Translations under genes and position numbers: made by a program
Assembly: GCA_949840775.1 (NCBI GenBank)
Contig: CATKXO010000007.1
Span: 24,744-48,743, forward strand
Direction: 5' to 3'
Length of the DNA: 24,000 nucleotides
From: an uncultured bacterium
GTDB lineage: Bacteria > Bacillota > Clostridia > Oscillospirales > Oscillospiraceae
Shown here: piece after piece, positions 1-7,421 of the stretch
Numbering within the stretch: position 1 is the stretch's first letter
How the letters are laid out: every line of letters begins with the position of its first letter
Notes under the pieces: generated by a model
What the model saw: the letters and a program-made list of their open reading frames with translations, nothing else
Database searches by the model: none
What the model was told of the DNA's origin: nothing

Positions 1-1
1 A

Positions 2-1111
2 TTCAACCACACCGGCTATGTGAGCCGCTACTTCAACGGCGACGGCTTTTACTCTGAGACGGGGGCCCTCCAGAGCCAGGATTCCCCCTACTACTCCTGG
101 TTCAGCTTTACCCAGTGGCCCCAGAAATACGACAGCTGGTGGGGCATCTACTCCCTGCCCGCCGTTAATGAGAACGACCCGGGCTACCGGGACTTCATCT
201 TCGGCAGCGAGGACAGCGTGGTCCGCCGGTGGCTGCGGGCGGGGGCGGACGGTTGGCGGCTGGACGTAGCCGACGAGCTGCCCGACGACTTTGTGGCGGG
301 CATCCATCAGGCCGCCCGGACGGAGAAGCCCAACGCCGTCATCATCGGCGAGGTGTGGGAGGACGGCTCCACCAAGATCGCCTACGGGGTGCGTCGGAAG
401 CACATCCTGGGGGGACACTGCGACGGGCTGATGAACTACCCCCTGCGCTCCGCCATCCTGTCCTTCTTCCAGGGGGGCGGAGGGGAGGCCTTTGTCAAGG
501 GGATGGAGACCATCCGGGAGAATTACCCCGCCTTCGCCTTCTACTCCGCCATGAACTCTCTGGACACCCACGACACCCCCCGCCTGCTTACCCTGCTGGG
601 GGCCGGGGGGGAGTACCGGGACCAGAGCAAGGAGTGGCGGGCCCAGTTCAGGCTGTCCCCCAAGCAGCGGGCCAAGGGCCGGGCCCTGCTGAAGGCCGCC
701 GCCCTGCTGATGTTCTGCTTCCCCGGCTCCCCCACGGTGTATTACGGGGACGAGGCGGGGATGGAGGGCTTTGAGGACCCCTTCAACCGCCAAACCTACC
801 CCTGGGGCCGGGAGGACCGGGAGCTGCTGGAGTGGTACCGGGCCCTGGGCCGCCTGCGCAGCCGGCATCCCGCCCTGCGCCGGGGGAGTATCCGGTATCT
901 CCAGGGCAAGGGGCCCCTGCTGGTCTTTCTCCGGGAGACCGGTGACGAGCGGCTGCTGTGCGCCTTTAACGCCGGGGAGGAAGAGCACGCTTTCCCCTTC
1001 GACGGCGGTAGGCTGTTCCCCCTGATGGGCCGGCCCCAGTTCTCCCAGATGGACGGGCTGTATACCGTCGCCCTGCCCCCCCGTTCGGGCGCGGTGTTCT
1101 CCATTAAATAA
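2..1111 (+). CDS. GH13 (alpha-amylase family) glycoside hydrolase, C-terminal ~370 aa; the 5' end lies outside the window
   Basis: The frame is open from base 2. FNHTG (GH13 region I) precedes the ORF-track GTG at 20. Also present: GWRLDVADEL (region II), IGEVWED (region III), LDTHDTPR (region IV). High-GC codon usage. Confidence 0.85.
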   Translation, partial: FNHTGYVSRYFNGDGFYSETGALQSQDSPYYSWFSFTQWPQKYDSWWGIYSLPAVNENDPGYRDFIFGSEDSVVRRWLRAGADGWRLDVADELPDDFVAGIHQAARTEKPNAVIIGEVWEDGSTKIAYGVRRKHILGGHCDGLMNYPLRSAILSFFQGGGGEAFVKGMETIRENYPAFAFYSAMNSLDTHDTPRLLTLLGAGGEYRDQSKEWRAQFRLSPKQRAKGRALLKAAALLMFCFPGSPTVYYGDEAGMEGFEDPFNRQTYPWGREDRELLEWYRALGRLRSRHPALRRGSIRYLQGKGPLLVFLRETGDERLLCAFNAGEEEHAFPFDGGRLFPLMGRPQFSQMDGLYTVALPPRSGAVFSIK

Positions 1112-1116
1112 ACACA

Positions 1117-1149
1117 ACAGCCCCGCCAGGCGCTTGCCGGCGGGGCTGT
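1117..1149. terminator. GC-rich hairpin between convergent GH13 and ATPase genes (probable terminator)
   Basis: acagccccgcc(a)ggc-gctt-gcc-ggcggggctgt forms a ~14-bp interrupted stem. Only a weak T-rich tail follows on the + strand (gctcttaacttgttt). Confidence 0.5.
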
Positions 1150-1168
1150 GCTCTTAACTTGTTTGGGC

Positions 1169-1190
1169 GGGCCGGCGAGGGCGCCGGCCC
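1169..1190. repeat. 9-bp GC hairpin with AGGG loop abutting the ATPase stop codon
   Basis: gggccggcg-aggg-cgccggccc. Stem length and AGGG/CCCT loop match the two hairpins at 23797-23860. No U-tract on either strand. Confidence 0.4.
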
Positions 1191-3836
1191 CTACAGGGCC
1201 GCCCGTTCCCGCTCCGGAGCAGGCTTTTTCCCCCTGCGGCCCGCGGCCTTGGCCCACTCGCAGATTGGGATGGGGGCTGCGGCCAGGGCCAGGACGGTAC
1301 ACCACTGGGGGATGTCCATGGGGACGACGGAAAACACCCCCTGGAGAGGCGGAACCAACAGTACGGACAGCTGCATGGCCAGTCCCGCCAGGAACGCCCG
1401 GTTCATGGCCGGATTGGAGAAAACCCCCTGGGAAAAGAGGGAGCGCTCCTCGCTGCGGACGTTGAACGCGTGGAACAGCTGGCACAGGGTAAGGGTAGCG
1501 AAAGCCATGGTGTTGGCTGCGGCCCCCTCCATCCCCGGAGCGGCCAGCCGGGTAAAGCCCAGAAAATAGGCCGCCAGGGTGAGCCCCCCCACCATCAGCC
1601 CCTGCCAGGCCAGACGGAGGGAAAACCTGCGGTCAAAGAGCCCGGCTGCGGCGTTCCGGGGGGCCTCCTCCATCACGCCCTCCTCCACCGGCTCCACTCC
1701 CAGGGCCAGGGCGGGGAGGGAGTCGGTGACCAGGTTGAGCCAAAGCAGCTGCACCGGCACCAGGGGCATCTGCCCGAAGTCCAGCAGCGTGGCCGCGAAG
1801 ATGGTGAAAATCTCCCCGATGTTGCAGGAGAGCAGGTAGTGGATGGCCTTGCGGATGTTGGAGTAGATCCCCCGGCCCTCCTCAATGGCGGAGACAATGG
1901 TGGAGAAGTTGTCGTCGGTGAGGACCATGTCCGCCGCCCCCTTGGCCACGTCGGTGCCCGTCCTGCCCATGGCGCAGCCGATGTCGGCGGCCTTCAGCGC
2001 CGGGGCGTCATTCACCCCGTCCCCCGTCATGGCCACCACCTGGCCCCGCTTCTGCCAGGCCTGGACGATGCGCATTTTGTGCTCCGGAGACACCCGGGCG
2101 AAGACGGCAAACCGGTGGATATCCTGCTCCAGCAGCTCCTGGGGCATGAAGTCCAGCTCCGCGCCCGTCACCGCCCAGTCTCCGGGATGGGCGATGTCCA
2201 GCTCCTTGGCGATGGCCACCGCTGTGGCCCGGTGATCGCCGGTAATCATCACCGGCCGCACCCCCGCCAGGTGGCACTTGGCCACCGCCGCCCGCACCTC
2301 GGGCCGGGGCGGGTCCATCAGGCCGAAAAGGCCCAGAAAGGTCAGGCCGCTCTCCACCGTCCGGGGCTCCGGGTCCTGGGGCAGGGAGCGAAGCTCCCGC
2401 CGGGCCACGGCGATCACCCGCAGGGCCTTGCCCGCCATCTCCTCGTTGGCGGCGGTGATTCTGGCCCGGTCCCCCTGGGACAGGGGACCCTGGGGGGTGC
2501 TGACACACCGGCCCAGCAGCACGTCGGGGGCCCCCTTTACAAAGGCGACCCAGCCCCCCGACCGGCCGGTATGTATGGTCGTCATCAGCTTGCGGGCAGA
2601 GTCGAAGGGGAGGTCGGCCACCCGCGGAAAATGCTCCAGCTCCCGGGCCTGGTCCACGCCGTCCCGGGCGGCGGCCACCACCAGCGCCCCCTCGGTGGGG
2701 TCGCCGGAGGCGGTGGGGGCCCCGGCCTTCCAGTTCAGCCGGGCGTCGGAGCAGAGGCAGCCCGCCACCATGGCGTCCCGCCGCCGGGCTCCGGGGGTGA
2801 GCCACAGCTGCTGCACCGTCATCCGGTTCTGGGTAAGGGTGCCCGTCTTGTCGGAGCAGATCACCCCGGCACAGCCCAGGGTCTCCACGGCGGGGAGCTT
2901 TTTCACAATGGCGTTTTTATCCGCCAGCCGCTGGACCCCCAGGGCCAGCACAATGGTGACAATGGCGGGCAGGCCCTCGGGGATGGCGGCCACCGCCAGG
3001 GAGACGGCGGTGAGGAACATGTCCAGAATGCCCTTCCCCTGAAACAGCCCCACCCCGAACATCACCGCGCACACCGACAGGCACAGAAAGGACAGGGACT
3101 TTGAAATCTCCCCCATCCGCTTTTGGAGCGGGGTCTCCCCCTCGCCGCTGGCCAGCAGCAGACCGGCAATCTGGCCCATTTGGGTGTCCATGCCGGTGGC
3201 CACCACCAGGGCCGTCCCCCGGCCGGCAGTAACCAGCGTTCCAGAAATCAGCATATTGACCCGGTCCCCCAGGGGAGTGTCCGCAGGGAGGGCCTCCGCC
3301 GCCTGCTTCTCCACCGGAACCGACTCCCCCGTCATGGCCGACTCGTCGGCCTGGAGGCGGCTGCACTCCATAATCCGGGCGTCGGCGGGGACCTGGTCCC
3401 CGGCCTCCAGGAGGATGACATCCCCAGGCACCAGGGCGGAGGCGGCCACCTTGTGGGGCAGGCCCTCCCGCAGCACATTGGCCTGGGGGGAGGACATCCG
3501 CCGCAGCTCCTCCAGGGCCTGCTGGGCGTGGTCCTCCTGGGTGATGGAAATGACGCCGTTGACTACCACGATGACCAGGATGATGACCCCGTCCAGCCAG
3601 TCCTCCCCGCCGCTGGCCAGCAGAGACAGGGCCGCCGCTGCCAGGAGCACCAGAATCATGGGGTCCTTCAGCTGGCCCAAAATCCGGATCAGCAGACTGG
3701 GAGGCTCCGGCTGGGCCAGCAGATTGGGGCCGTATTTCTCCAGGCGCTGGGCGGCCTCCCGCTCCGTCAGCCCCTGGGAGCGGCTGCCCAGCTCCTTCAT
3801 CACCTGGGCAAGCCGCCTGCTATGCCAGTCGCCCAT
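1191..3836 (-). CDS. P2-type cation-translocating ATPase (Ca2+-ATPase-like)
   Basis: Motifs: CSDKTGTLT (phospho-Asp site), AAIPEGLPAIVT (TM4 ion site), MITGDH, TGDGVNDAPALKAADIG. Start placed at ATG 3836 (MGDWHS..., GGGGGAG RBS about 6 nt upstream). The ORF-track ATG at 3884 has no RBS. Confidence 0.9.
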   Translation of the reverse strand: MGDWHSRRLAQVMKELGSRSQGLTEREAAQRLEKYGPNLLAQPEPPSLLIRILGQLKDPMILVLLAAAALSLLASGGEDWLDGVIILVIVVVNGVISITQEDHAQQALEELRRMSSPQANVLREGLPHKVAASALVPGDVILLEAGDQVPADARIMECSRLQADESAMTGESVPVEKQAAEALPADTPLGDRVNMLISGTLVTAGRGTALVVATGMDTQMGQIAGLLLASGEGETPLQKRMGEISKSLSFLCLSVCAVMFGVGLFQGKGILDMFLTAVSLAVAAIPEGLPAIVTIVLALGVQRLADKNAIVKKLPAVETLGCAGVICSDKTGTLTQNRMTVQQLWLTPGARRRDAMVAGCLCSDARLNWKAGAPTASGDPTEGALVVAAARDGVDQARELEHFPRVADLPFDSARKLMTTIHTGRSGGWVAFVKGAPDVLLGRCVSTPQGPLSQGDRARITAANEEMAGKALRVIAVARRELRSLPQDPEPRTVESGLTFLGLFGLMDPPRPEVRAAVAKCHLAGVRPVMITGDHRATAVAIAKELDIAHPGDWAVTGAELDFMPQELLEQDIHRFAVFARVSPEHKMRIVQAWQKRGQVVAMTGDGVNDAPALKAADIGCAMGRTGTDVAKGAADMVLTDDNFSTIVSAIEEGRGIYSNIRKAIHYLLSCNIGEIFTIFAATLLDFGQMPLVPVQLLWLNLVTDSLPALALGVEPVEEGVMEEAPRNAAAGLFDRRFSLRLAWQGLMVGGLTLAAYFLGFTRLAAPGMEGAAANTMAFATLTLCQLFHAFNVRSEERSLFSQGVFSNPAMNRAFLAGLAMQLSVLLVPPLQGVFSVVPMDIPQWCTVLALAAAPIPICEWAKAAGRRGKKPAPERERAAL

Positions 3837-3910
3837 CCCATCTCCCCCTTCCAATTTCTTCCAGTATAGCGGGTGCCTGTCCATTTTTCAGGGAAAATTT
3901 GTCGAGGGAT

Positions 3911-3945
3911 AAAAAATCTCCCGCCGGAATTATCCTTCCGGCGGG
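3911..3945 (-). terminator. Rho-independent terminator of the 152-aa ORF
   Basis: cccgccggaa-ttatcc-ttccggcggg forms a 10-bp stem, followed on the - strand by AGATTTTTT. The ORF stop codon lies in the loop. Confidence 0.65.
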
Positions 3946-4388
3946 CTGGTTTCGGCTATCGACGCTTGAACCCAATCATACTCCTGTTTTAAAAAACCGT
4001 TGTACCGCTCCATAAAGTCAAACACCATGTTAAGGTTTTTTTCCCCGCTCTCCGGGGAATTTCCCCTTATCGAACCCATAAAACCGCGAAATACATCTTG
4101 AATAAATGTGGTAAAGGTCAGCTCCCGGTAGATTTGACAGCATTTTCTGTTGCAAAATATTTTTCCCTCCCGGGTGAGCTCCCTCTCCGGATCGGTCATC
4201 TCCGAAGGCTCCAACAGTGAGCGGAGTTTATTGCTGAGCTCTTTGAACTCAATCAATTTGTCCAACAGCTCCCGCTGTAAAATCAAACATTCCATGTCGT
4301 CCCACATAATCTGCGCCTGAACATCCTTGCGCTGTTCGATTATTTTTTTTATCTTCTGCCAGCCCCGCTCCTTACTCTCTTTGTCCAT
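3930..4388 (-). CDS. Hypothetical protein (152 aa), divergent partner of an XRE regulator
   Basis: Long ORF of about 42-47% GC (hand count, lines 4021-4080 and 4241-4300) with its own promoter, RBS (GAGGGGGG) and terminator. I prefer ATG 4388 to 4394 on RBS spacing. No motif recognised. Confidence 0.6.
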   Translation of the reverse strand: MDKESKERGWQKIKKIIEQRKDVQAQIMWDDMECLILQRELLDKLIEFKELSNKLRSLLEPSEMTDPERELTREGKIFCNRKCCQIYRELTFTTFIQDVFRGFMGSIRGNSPESGEKNLNMVFDFMERYNGFLKQEYDWVQASIAETSPPEG

Positions 4389-4443
4389 AATCATCCCCCC
4401 TCAAATTTCTTCAATAGGAGATTATATCCCCTTAATAAAAAAG

Positions 4444-4473
4444 ATTATAACCCTCATACTTGATTTATGTCAA
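4444..4473 (-). promoter_or_regulatory. Sigma-70-type promoter for the 152-aa ORF
   Basis: TTGACA (4473-4468), 18-nt spacer, TATAAT (4449-4444). The inverted repeat cttga-N6-tcaag (4459-4474) overlaps the -35. The 11-mer gattataNccc is repeated at 4420-4430 and 4443-4453. Confidence 0.6.
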
Positions 4474-4487
4474 GAGGGGATGTTCTG

Positions 4488-4694
4488 ATGATTGTATTCG
4501 ATGGACTCTGGAAAATAGTAACCGAGCGTGGAATGAGCACATATGCTTTGAAAGAAAAAGCTGGGATTGACAACAAAACAATCCGTCGGCTTCGGGCAAA
4601 TGATAACGTAGAAACCAAAACCTTAAATAAACTTTGTAGTGCGTTATCCTGCAAACTAGAGGATATAGCGGAATTTATAGAAGATGAAACATAA
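4488..4694 (+). CDS. XRE-family helix-turn-helix transcriptional regulator (68 aa)
   Basis: MSTYALKEKAGIDNKTIRRLRANDNVETKTLNKLCSALSCKLEDIAEFI is a Cro/C1-type HTH. ATG 4488 has the RBS AGAGGGGA 7 nt upstream; the ORF-track start 4467 has none. Confidence 0.8.
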   Translation: MIVFDGLWKIVTERGMSTYALKEKAGIDNKTIRRLRANDNVETKTLNKLCSALSCKLEDIAEFIEDET

Positions 4695-4723
4695 TCCTCC
4701 AGAGTTGTCTGGAGGATTTTTCT
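4694..4723 (+). terminator. Rho-independent terminator after the XRE gene
   Basis: atcctccaga-gttg-tctggaggat forms a 10-bp stem followed by TTTTTCT. Confidence 0.75.
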
Positions 4724-4734
4724 GCGCTTTTATC

Positions 4735-4763
4735 TTGACTCTATAAAGAAATTCGGGTATAAT
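4735..4763 (+). promoter_or_regulatory. Sigma-70-type promoter of the toxin-antitoxin operon
   Basis: TTGACT (4735-4740), 17-nt spacer, TATAAT (4758-4763). RBS AAAGGAGG at 4774-4781 precedes ATG 4789. Confidence 0.7.
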
Positions 4764-4788
4764 TTATGTATCAAAAGGAGGTGCTGTT

Positions 4789-5055
4789 ATGCCCCACATT
4801 CGTTCCAGCGCGGACCTGCGCAACAATTACAACGAAATATCCACCTTCTGTCACGATCACATGGAACCGGTGTTCATCACCAAAAACGGCCGGGGGGACT
4901 TGGCTGTGATGAGTATAGAGACGTACGACGCGCTTTTAGAAACAACGGCGATCGATGCCGCAATTTTCCGCGCCGAACAGGAACTTGCCAATGGCGGCGA
5001 GCTGGTGAACGCTGAGGAGGTTCTGACATCCCTTCGGAGGAAGTACTTTGGATAA
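4789..5055 (+). CDS. Type II antitoxin, Phd/YefM family
   Basis: 88 aa. SSADLRNNYNEISTFCHDHMEPVFITKNGRGDLAVMSIETYDAL is the typical Phd/YefM N-terminal fold. The gene overlaps the downstream toxin gene by 8 nt. Confidence 0.8.
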   Translation: MPHIRSSADLRNNYNEISTFCHDHMEPVFITKNGRGDLAVMSIETYDALLETTAIDAAIFRAEQELANGGELVNAEEVLTSLRRKYFG

Positions 5056-5350
5056 TTACGCGGTAAAGTTATCTCCAGGGGCCGTCCGTGATCTGGAACA
5101 GATTTATGATTATATCGCAAAACACCTTCTGGAACCGGGCACAGCCGAACATATGGCAAACCGTCTGGAGCAAGGCATTCTCAGCCTGAAGCGGATGCCG
5201 GAGCGAAACCCCATCCGCCAGATGGGCATTTATGCCGGCCACAGCTATCGTCAATTGTTTGTTCAGAAGTATGTCATTGTATACCGGGTGTTCAGGGAGA
5301 AAAAAGAGGTCCATATTATGACAGTGCGCTACGCGCCCAGCCAATTTTAG
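5048..5350 (+). CDS. Type II toxin, RelE/ParE family
   Basis: 100 aa. AVRDLEQIYDYIA...PERNPIR...YRQLFVQKYVIVYRVFREKKEVHIMTVRY is the ParE/RelE pattern. Translationally coupled to the antitoxin gene. Confidence 0.8.
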   Translation: MDNYAVKLSPGAVRDLEQIYDYIAKHLLEPGTAEHMANRLEQGILSLKRMPERNPIRQMGIYAGHSYRQLFVQKYVIVYRVFREKKEVHIMTVRYAPSQF

Positions 5351-5355
5351 ATGTC

Positions 5356-5393
5356 AGCCCCGGAGCTTCCGCTCCGGGGCTTTTTTATTTTTT
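5356..5393. terminator. Bidirectional terminator between the ParE-like gene (+) and spoIIP (-)
   Basis: agccccggagc-ttcc-gctccggggct forms an 11-bp stem followed by TTTTTTATTTTTT on the + strand. The T-tract overlaps the spoIIP stop codon. Confidence 0.75.
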
Positions 5394-6554
5394 CATCTCC
5401 AGCAGCGTCCTGGCCACGTTGTCCGCCCAGAGGCGGCCGCCGGCGATGGCCTCTGACAGGGTGTTGCCGTGGCCCCCCACCTCCACCAGCACAGAGCCGG
5501 CGCACAGCTGCTGGTTGTACCGGCTCTTGCGCAGAACGGTGGGCCGGACCAGGCTGGTATACCCCTTCACCAGGTTCCGCTGCAGCTTCAGGGCGAAGGC
5601 CATATTGTCCTTCCACCGGGGGTGGGCCGCTCCTCCGGCGTCGGTGCCCAGCACCATCATCACCTGGGCCACCTTCTGCCCCGCCTCGGTGGACACCATC
5701 TTGTACACCTCTCCCCCGCTCCCCACCAGGGCGTCCCGGTGAACATCAAAAACCACTTTGATGGAGGGGTATTTCTCCAGCCACTGCTCCACCACCGCGT
5801 AGGACCGGTCGTATGCCCCGTTATAGGCGGGGTAGTCGCACAGGGTTGTGTCGTGGACCACCTGAAAGCCGTAGGCCCGGAAGACGGTGGCCATCTCCTC
5901 CCCCACCCGGACCACGTTGTGGGTGCAGTCAGTGGTGCGGTAGGGGTCGCTCTCCTCGTAGAGGTCCCCATCGGTCATGGAGTAGGCCTCGCTGCCGTGG
6001 GTGTGGACAATCAAGATCTGCGGCCCCTCACCCAGGGGGACATCCACCGTCCCCTCCTGAAGCAGGGAGGAGTCCAGCGTCAGCTCAGTGCGGTTGTAGA
6101 CATACACCCCGCCGTCCCGGAGGTACTGGCTGCCCTCCTTGCCCTGGCCGGTCATCTCCACAATGCCCTCCCCGTCAGGGGCGGGGCGCAGGTCGGGCTG
6201 CTCTATGTCCTCGCCGTCGGACAGTCCCGGCTCCTCCTGCCCGCCGGGGTCCGGGCTGTCCCGGCCGGCCCGCAGCTCCAGCACCGCCCCCTCTCCCAGC
6301 CTTAACAGCGGGGAGCCTTTCAGCAGCAGACGGCCCCAGCCGGTCAGACCCCTCTCCTCCCCGGGGAGCACCCCCAGCTGGGACTTCATCAGCGACACCG
6401 CCAGGGCGGGCTCCTCCCCCAGCTCCGCCAGCCGGCCCCCCACGCCGCTGAAGTCCGCCGTCAGGCTCACCCCCCAGGCCGCCGTCAGCACCAGGCCCAG
6501 CGCCACCCCCCGGCGCAGAGACCGCCCGATCCAGCCTGTCCCTCTGTCCCCCAT
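5385..6554 (-). CDS. spoIIP: Stage II sporulation protein P
   Basis: 389 aa with an N-terminal membrane anchor (GVALGLVLTAAWGV). ILIVHTHGSEAY, VVFDVHRD and LVEVGGHGN are characteristic of the SpoIIP amidase-like domain. Confidence 0.85.
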   Translation of the reverse strand: MGDRGTGWIGRSLRRGVALGLVLTAAWGVSLTADFSGVGGRLAELGEEPALAVSLMKSQLGVLPGEERGLTGWGRLLLKGSPLLRLGEGAVLELRAGRDSPDPGGQEEPGLSDGEDIEQPDLRPAPDGEGIVEMTGQGKEGSQYLRDGGVYVYNRTELTLDSSLLQEGTVDVPLGEGPQILIVHTHGSEAYSMTDGDLYEESDPYRTTDCTHNVVRVGEEMATVFRAYGFQVVHDTTLCDYPAYNGAYDRSYAVVEQWLEKYPSIKVVFDVHRDALVGSGGEVYKMVSTEAGQKVAQVMMVLGTDAGGAAHPRWKDNMAFALKLQRNLVKGYTSLVRPTVLRKSRYNQQLCAGSVLVEVGGHGNTLSEAIAGGRLWADNVARTLLEMKK

Positions 6555-6596
6555 AGTACCACTCCTTATCCTGCGTAAGAAATTCCTGTTGTACCT

Positions 6597-6623
6597 ACTC
6601 TATGACGGCCGGGGAACGGATAT
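6597..6623 (-). promoter_or_regulatory. Candidate sigma-E-type sporulation promoter of spoIIP
   Basis: On the - strand: ATA (6623-6621), 16-nt spacer, CATAGAGT (6604-6597). This fits the B. subtilis sigma-E pattern ATA-N16-18-CATACAnT and lies about 45 nt upstream of the ATG. Confidence 0.4.
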
Positions 6624-6641
6624 GACAGGCGGAAATCTTCC

Positions 6642-6670
6642 TTGTGTTTTCCAAAAAGTAATAGTATAAT
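6642..6670 (+). promoter_or_regulatory. Sigma-70-type promoter upstream of the miaB-like fragment
   Basis: TTGTGT (6642-6647), 17-nt spacer, TATAAT (6665-6670). RBS GGAGG at 6702-6706 precedes ATG 6713. Confidence 0.5.
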
Positions 6671-6712
6671 GTACTGGTTAAACGAGCACTGAAATGCACC
6701 CTGGAGGTTTTT

Positions 6713-6856
6713 ATGGAACGCACCGCTGTTATTTCCCCGGAGGACATCGCCCTTCAAATGGCCCACTGCCAGGCGGTAGCCCGGCTTACCGCCCAGTGGG
6801 AGGAAAAGCCCCTGGCCTTTGTAGACACCTACGGCTGCCCTAATGTACGAGATTAG
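6713..6856 (+). pseudogene. 5' fragment (47 codons) of a MiaB/RimO-type methylthiotransferase gene, truncated after the TYGC motif
   Basis: Translation: MERTAVISPEDIALQMAHCQAVARLTAQWEEKPLAFVDTYGC|PNVRD*. FVDTYGC is the start of the MTTase N-terminal domain, normally TYGCQ(M/Q)N. GC content drops abruptly after base ~6840. The ORF is below the ORF-track length cutoff. Confidence 0.4.
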
Positions 6857-6876
6857 CTGATTTTGAATAAGTCTTG

Positions 6877-6910
6877 AAACGCCTGGATTTTTTCCAGGCG
6901 TTTTCTTTTC
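6877..6910 (+). terminator. Rho-independent terminator just after the truncated fragment
   Basis: aaacgcctgga-ttttt-tccaggcgttt forms an 11-bp stem followed by TTTTCTTTTC. Confidence 0.7.
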
Positions 6911-7170
6911 ACCTACATAATTAACGGCATTGTTAAAGTTAATAAAAAATTTAAAAAAATTAACTAAAACACTTGACGATTACCGTTTGGTAAGTTAATC
7001 ATATAAGCATGGAACATGAAATAACCGAAAGGCAACTCTTGACGGCTTCTGCCTGCTTTCCGCATCTCCACAATTTCTGCTTCTATTAGTTTCATATTTG
7101 TCCGTTTTTACTGGGGCGGTTCACATTTGGTAGGCCGGTGCCGGGTTTCGTTTTGCGCAAGGTAAAACCG

Positions 7171-7200
7171 TTGGACAAACAGCTGTTCAGGAGGTATAAT
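7171..7200 (+). promoter_or_regulatory. Sigma-70-type promoter of the small RHH gene
   Basis: TTGGAC (7171-7176), 18-nt spacer, TATAAT (7195-7200). RBS AAAGGAG at 7206-7212. Confidence 0.55.
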
Positions 7201-7220
7201 GGCTCAAAGGAGTGATCGCG

Positions 7221-7379
7221 ATGCCGAAAATTGACGCCCAGCTGGGAATCCGGGTGACCAAAGACCTGAAAGCCCGCCTGACCGCCCAGGCCAGGAGCGA
7301 GATGAAAAGCGTCTCCACCCTGGTGGTCCAAGTGATGGAGGCATATCTGGAATCGGTAGGAAACGGAAAAAAGGAGTAA
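7221..7379 (+). CDS. Small ribbon-helix-helix (CopG/Arc-like) protein, 52 aa
   Basis: Translation: MPKIDAQLGIRVTKDLKARLTAQARSEMKSVSTLVVQVMEAYLESVGNGKKE. It shows the RHH pattern: a beta-strand (LGIRVT) followed by two helices. It has a good promoter and RBS and is followed by a hairpin. Not in the ORF track (under 60 aa). Confidence 0.5.
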   Translation: MPKIDAQLGIRVTKDLKARLTAQARSEMKSVSTLVVQVMEAYLESVGNGKKE

Positions 7380-7384
7380 AAGGA

Positions 7385-7414
7385 CCCGCCCGGCGCAGTT
7401 TTGCGCCGGGCGGG
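7385..7414. terminator. Terminator hairpin shared by ileS (-) and the RHH gene (+)
   Basis: cccgcccggcgca-gttt-tgcgccgggcggg forms a 13-bp stem. On the - strand it is followed by TCCTTTTAC. Confidence 0.7.
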
Positions 7415-7421
7415 GTTGCTA

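Noticed and set aside
6964-7095. A 43-codon - strand ORF (MKLIEAEIVEMRKAGRSRQEL...) as a real gene.
   Set aside because: It has no convincing RBS and no recognisable domain beyond a short HTH-like string, and it ends in AT-rich filler. It is mentioned only as a possible mobile-element remnant.
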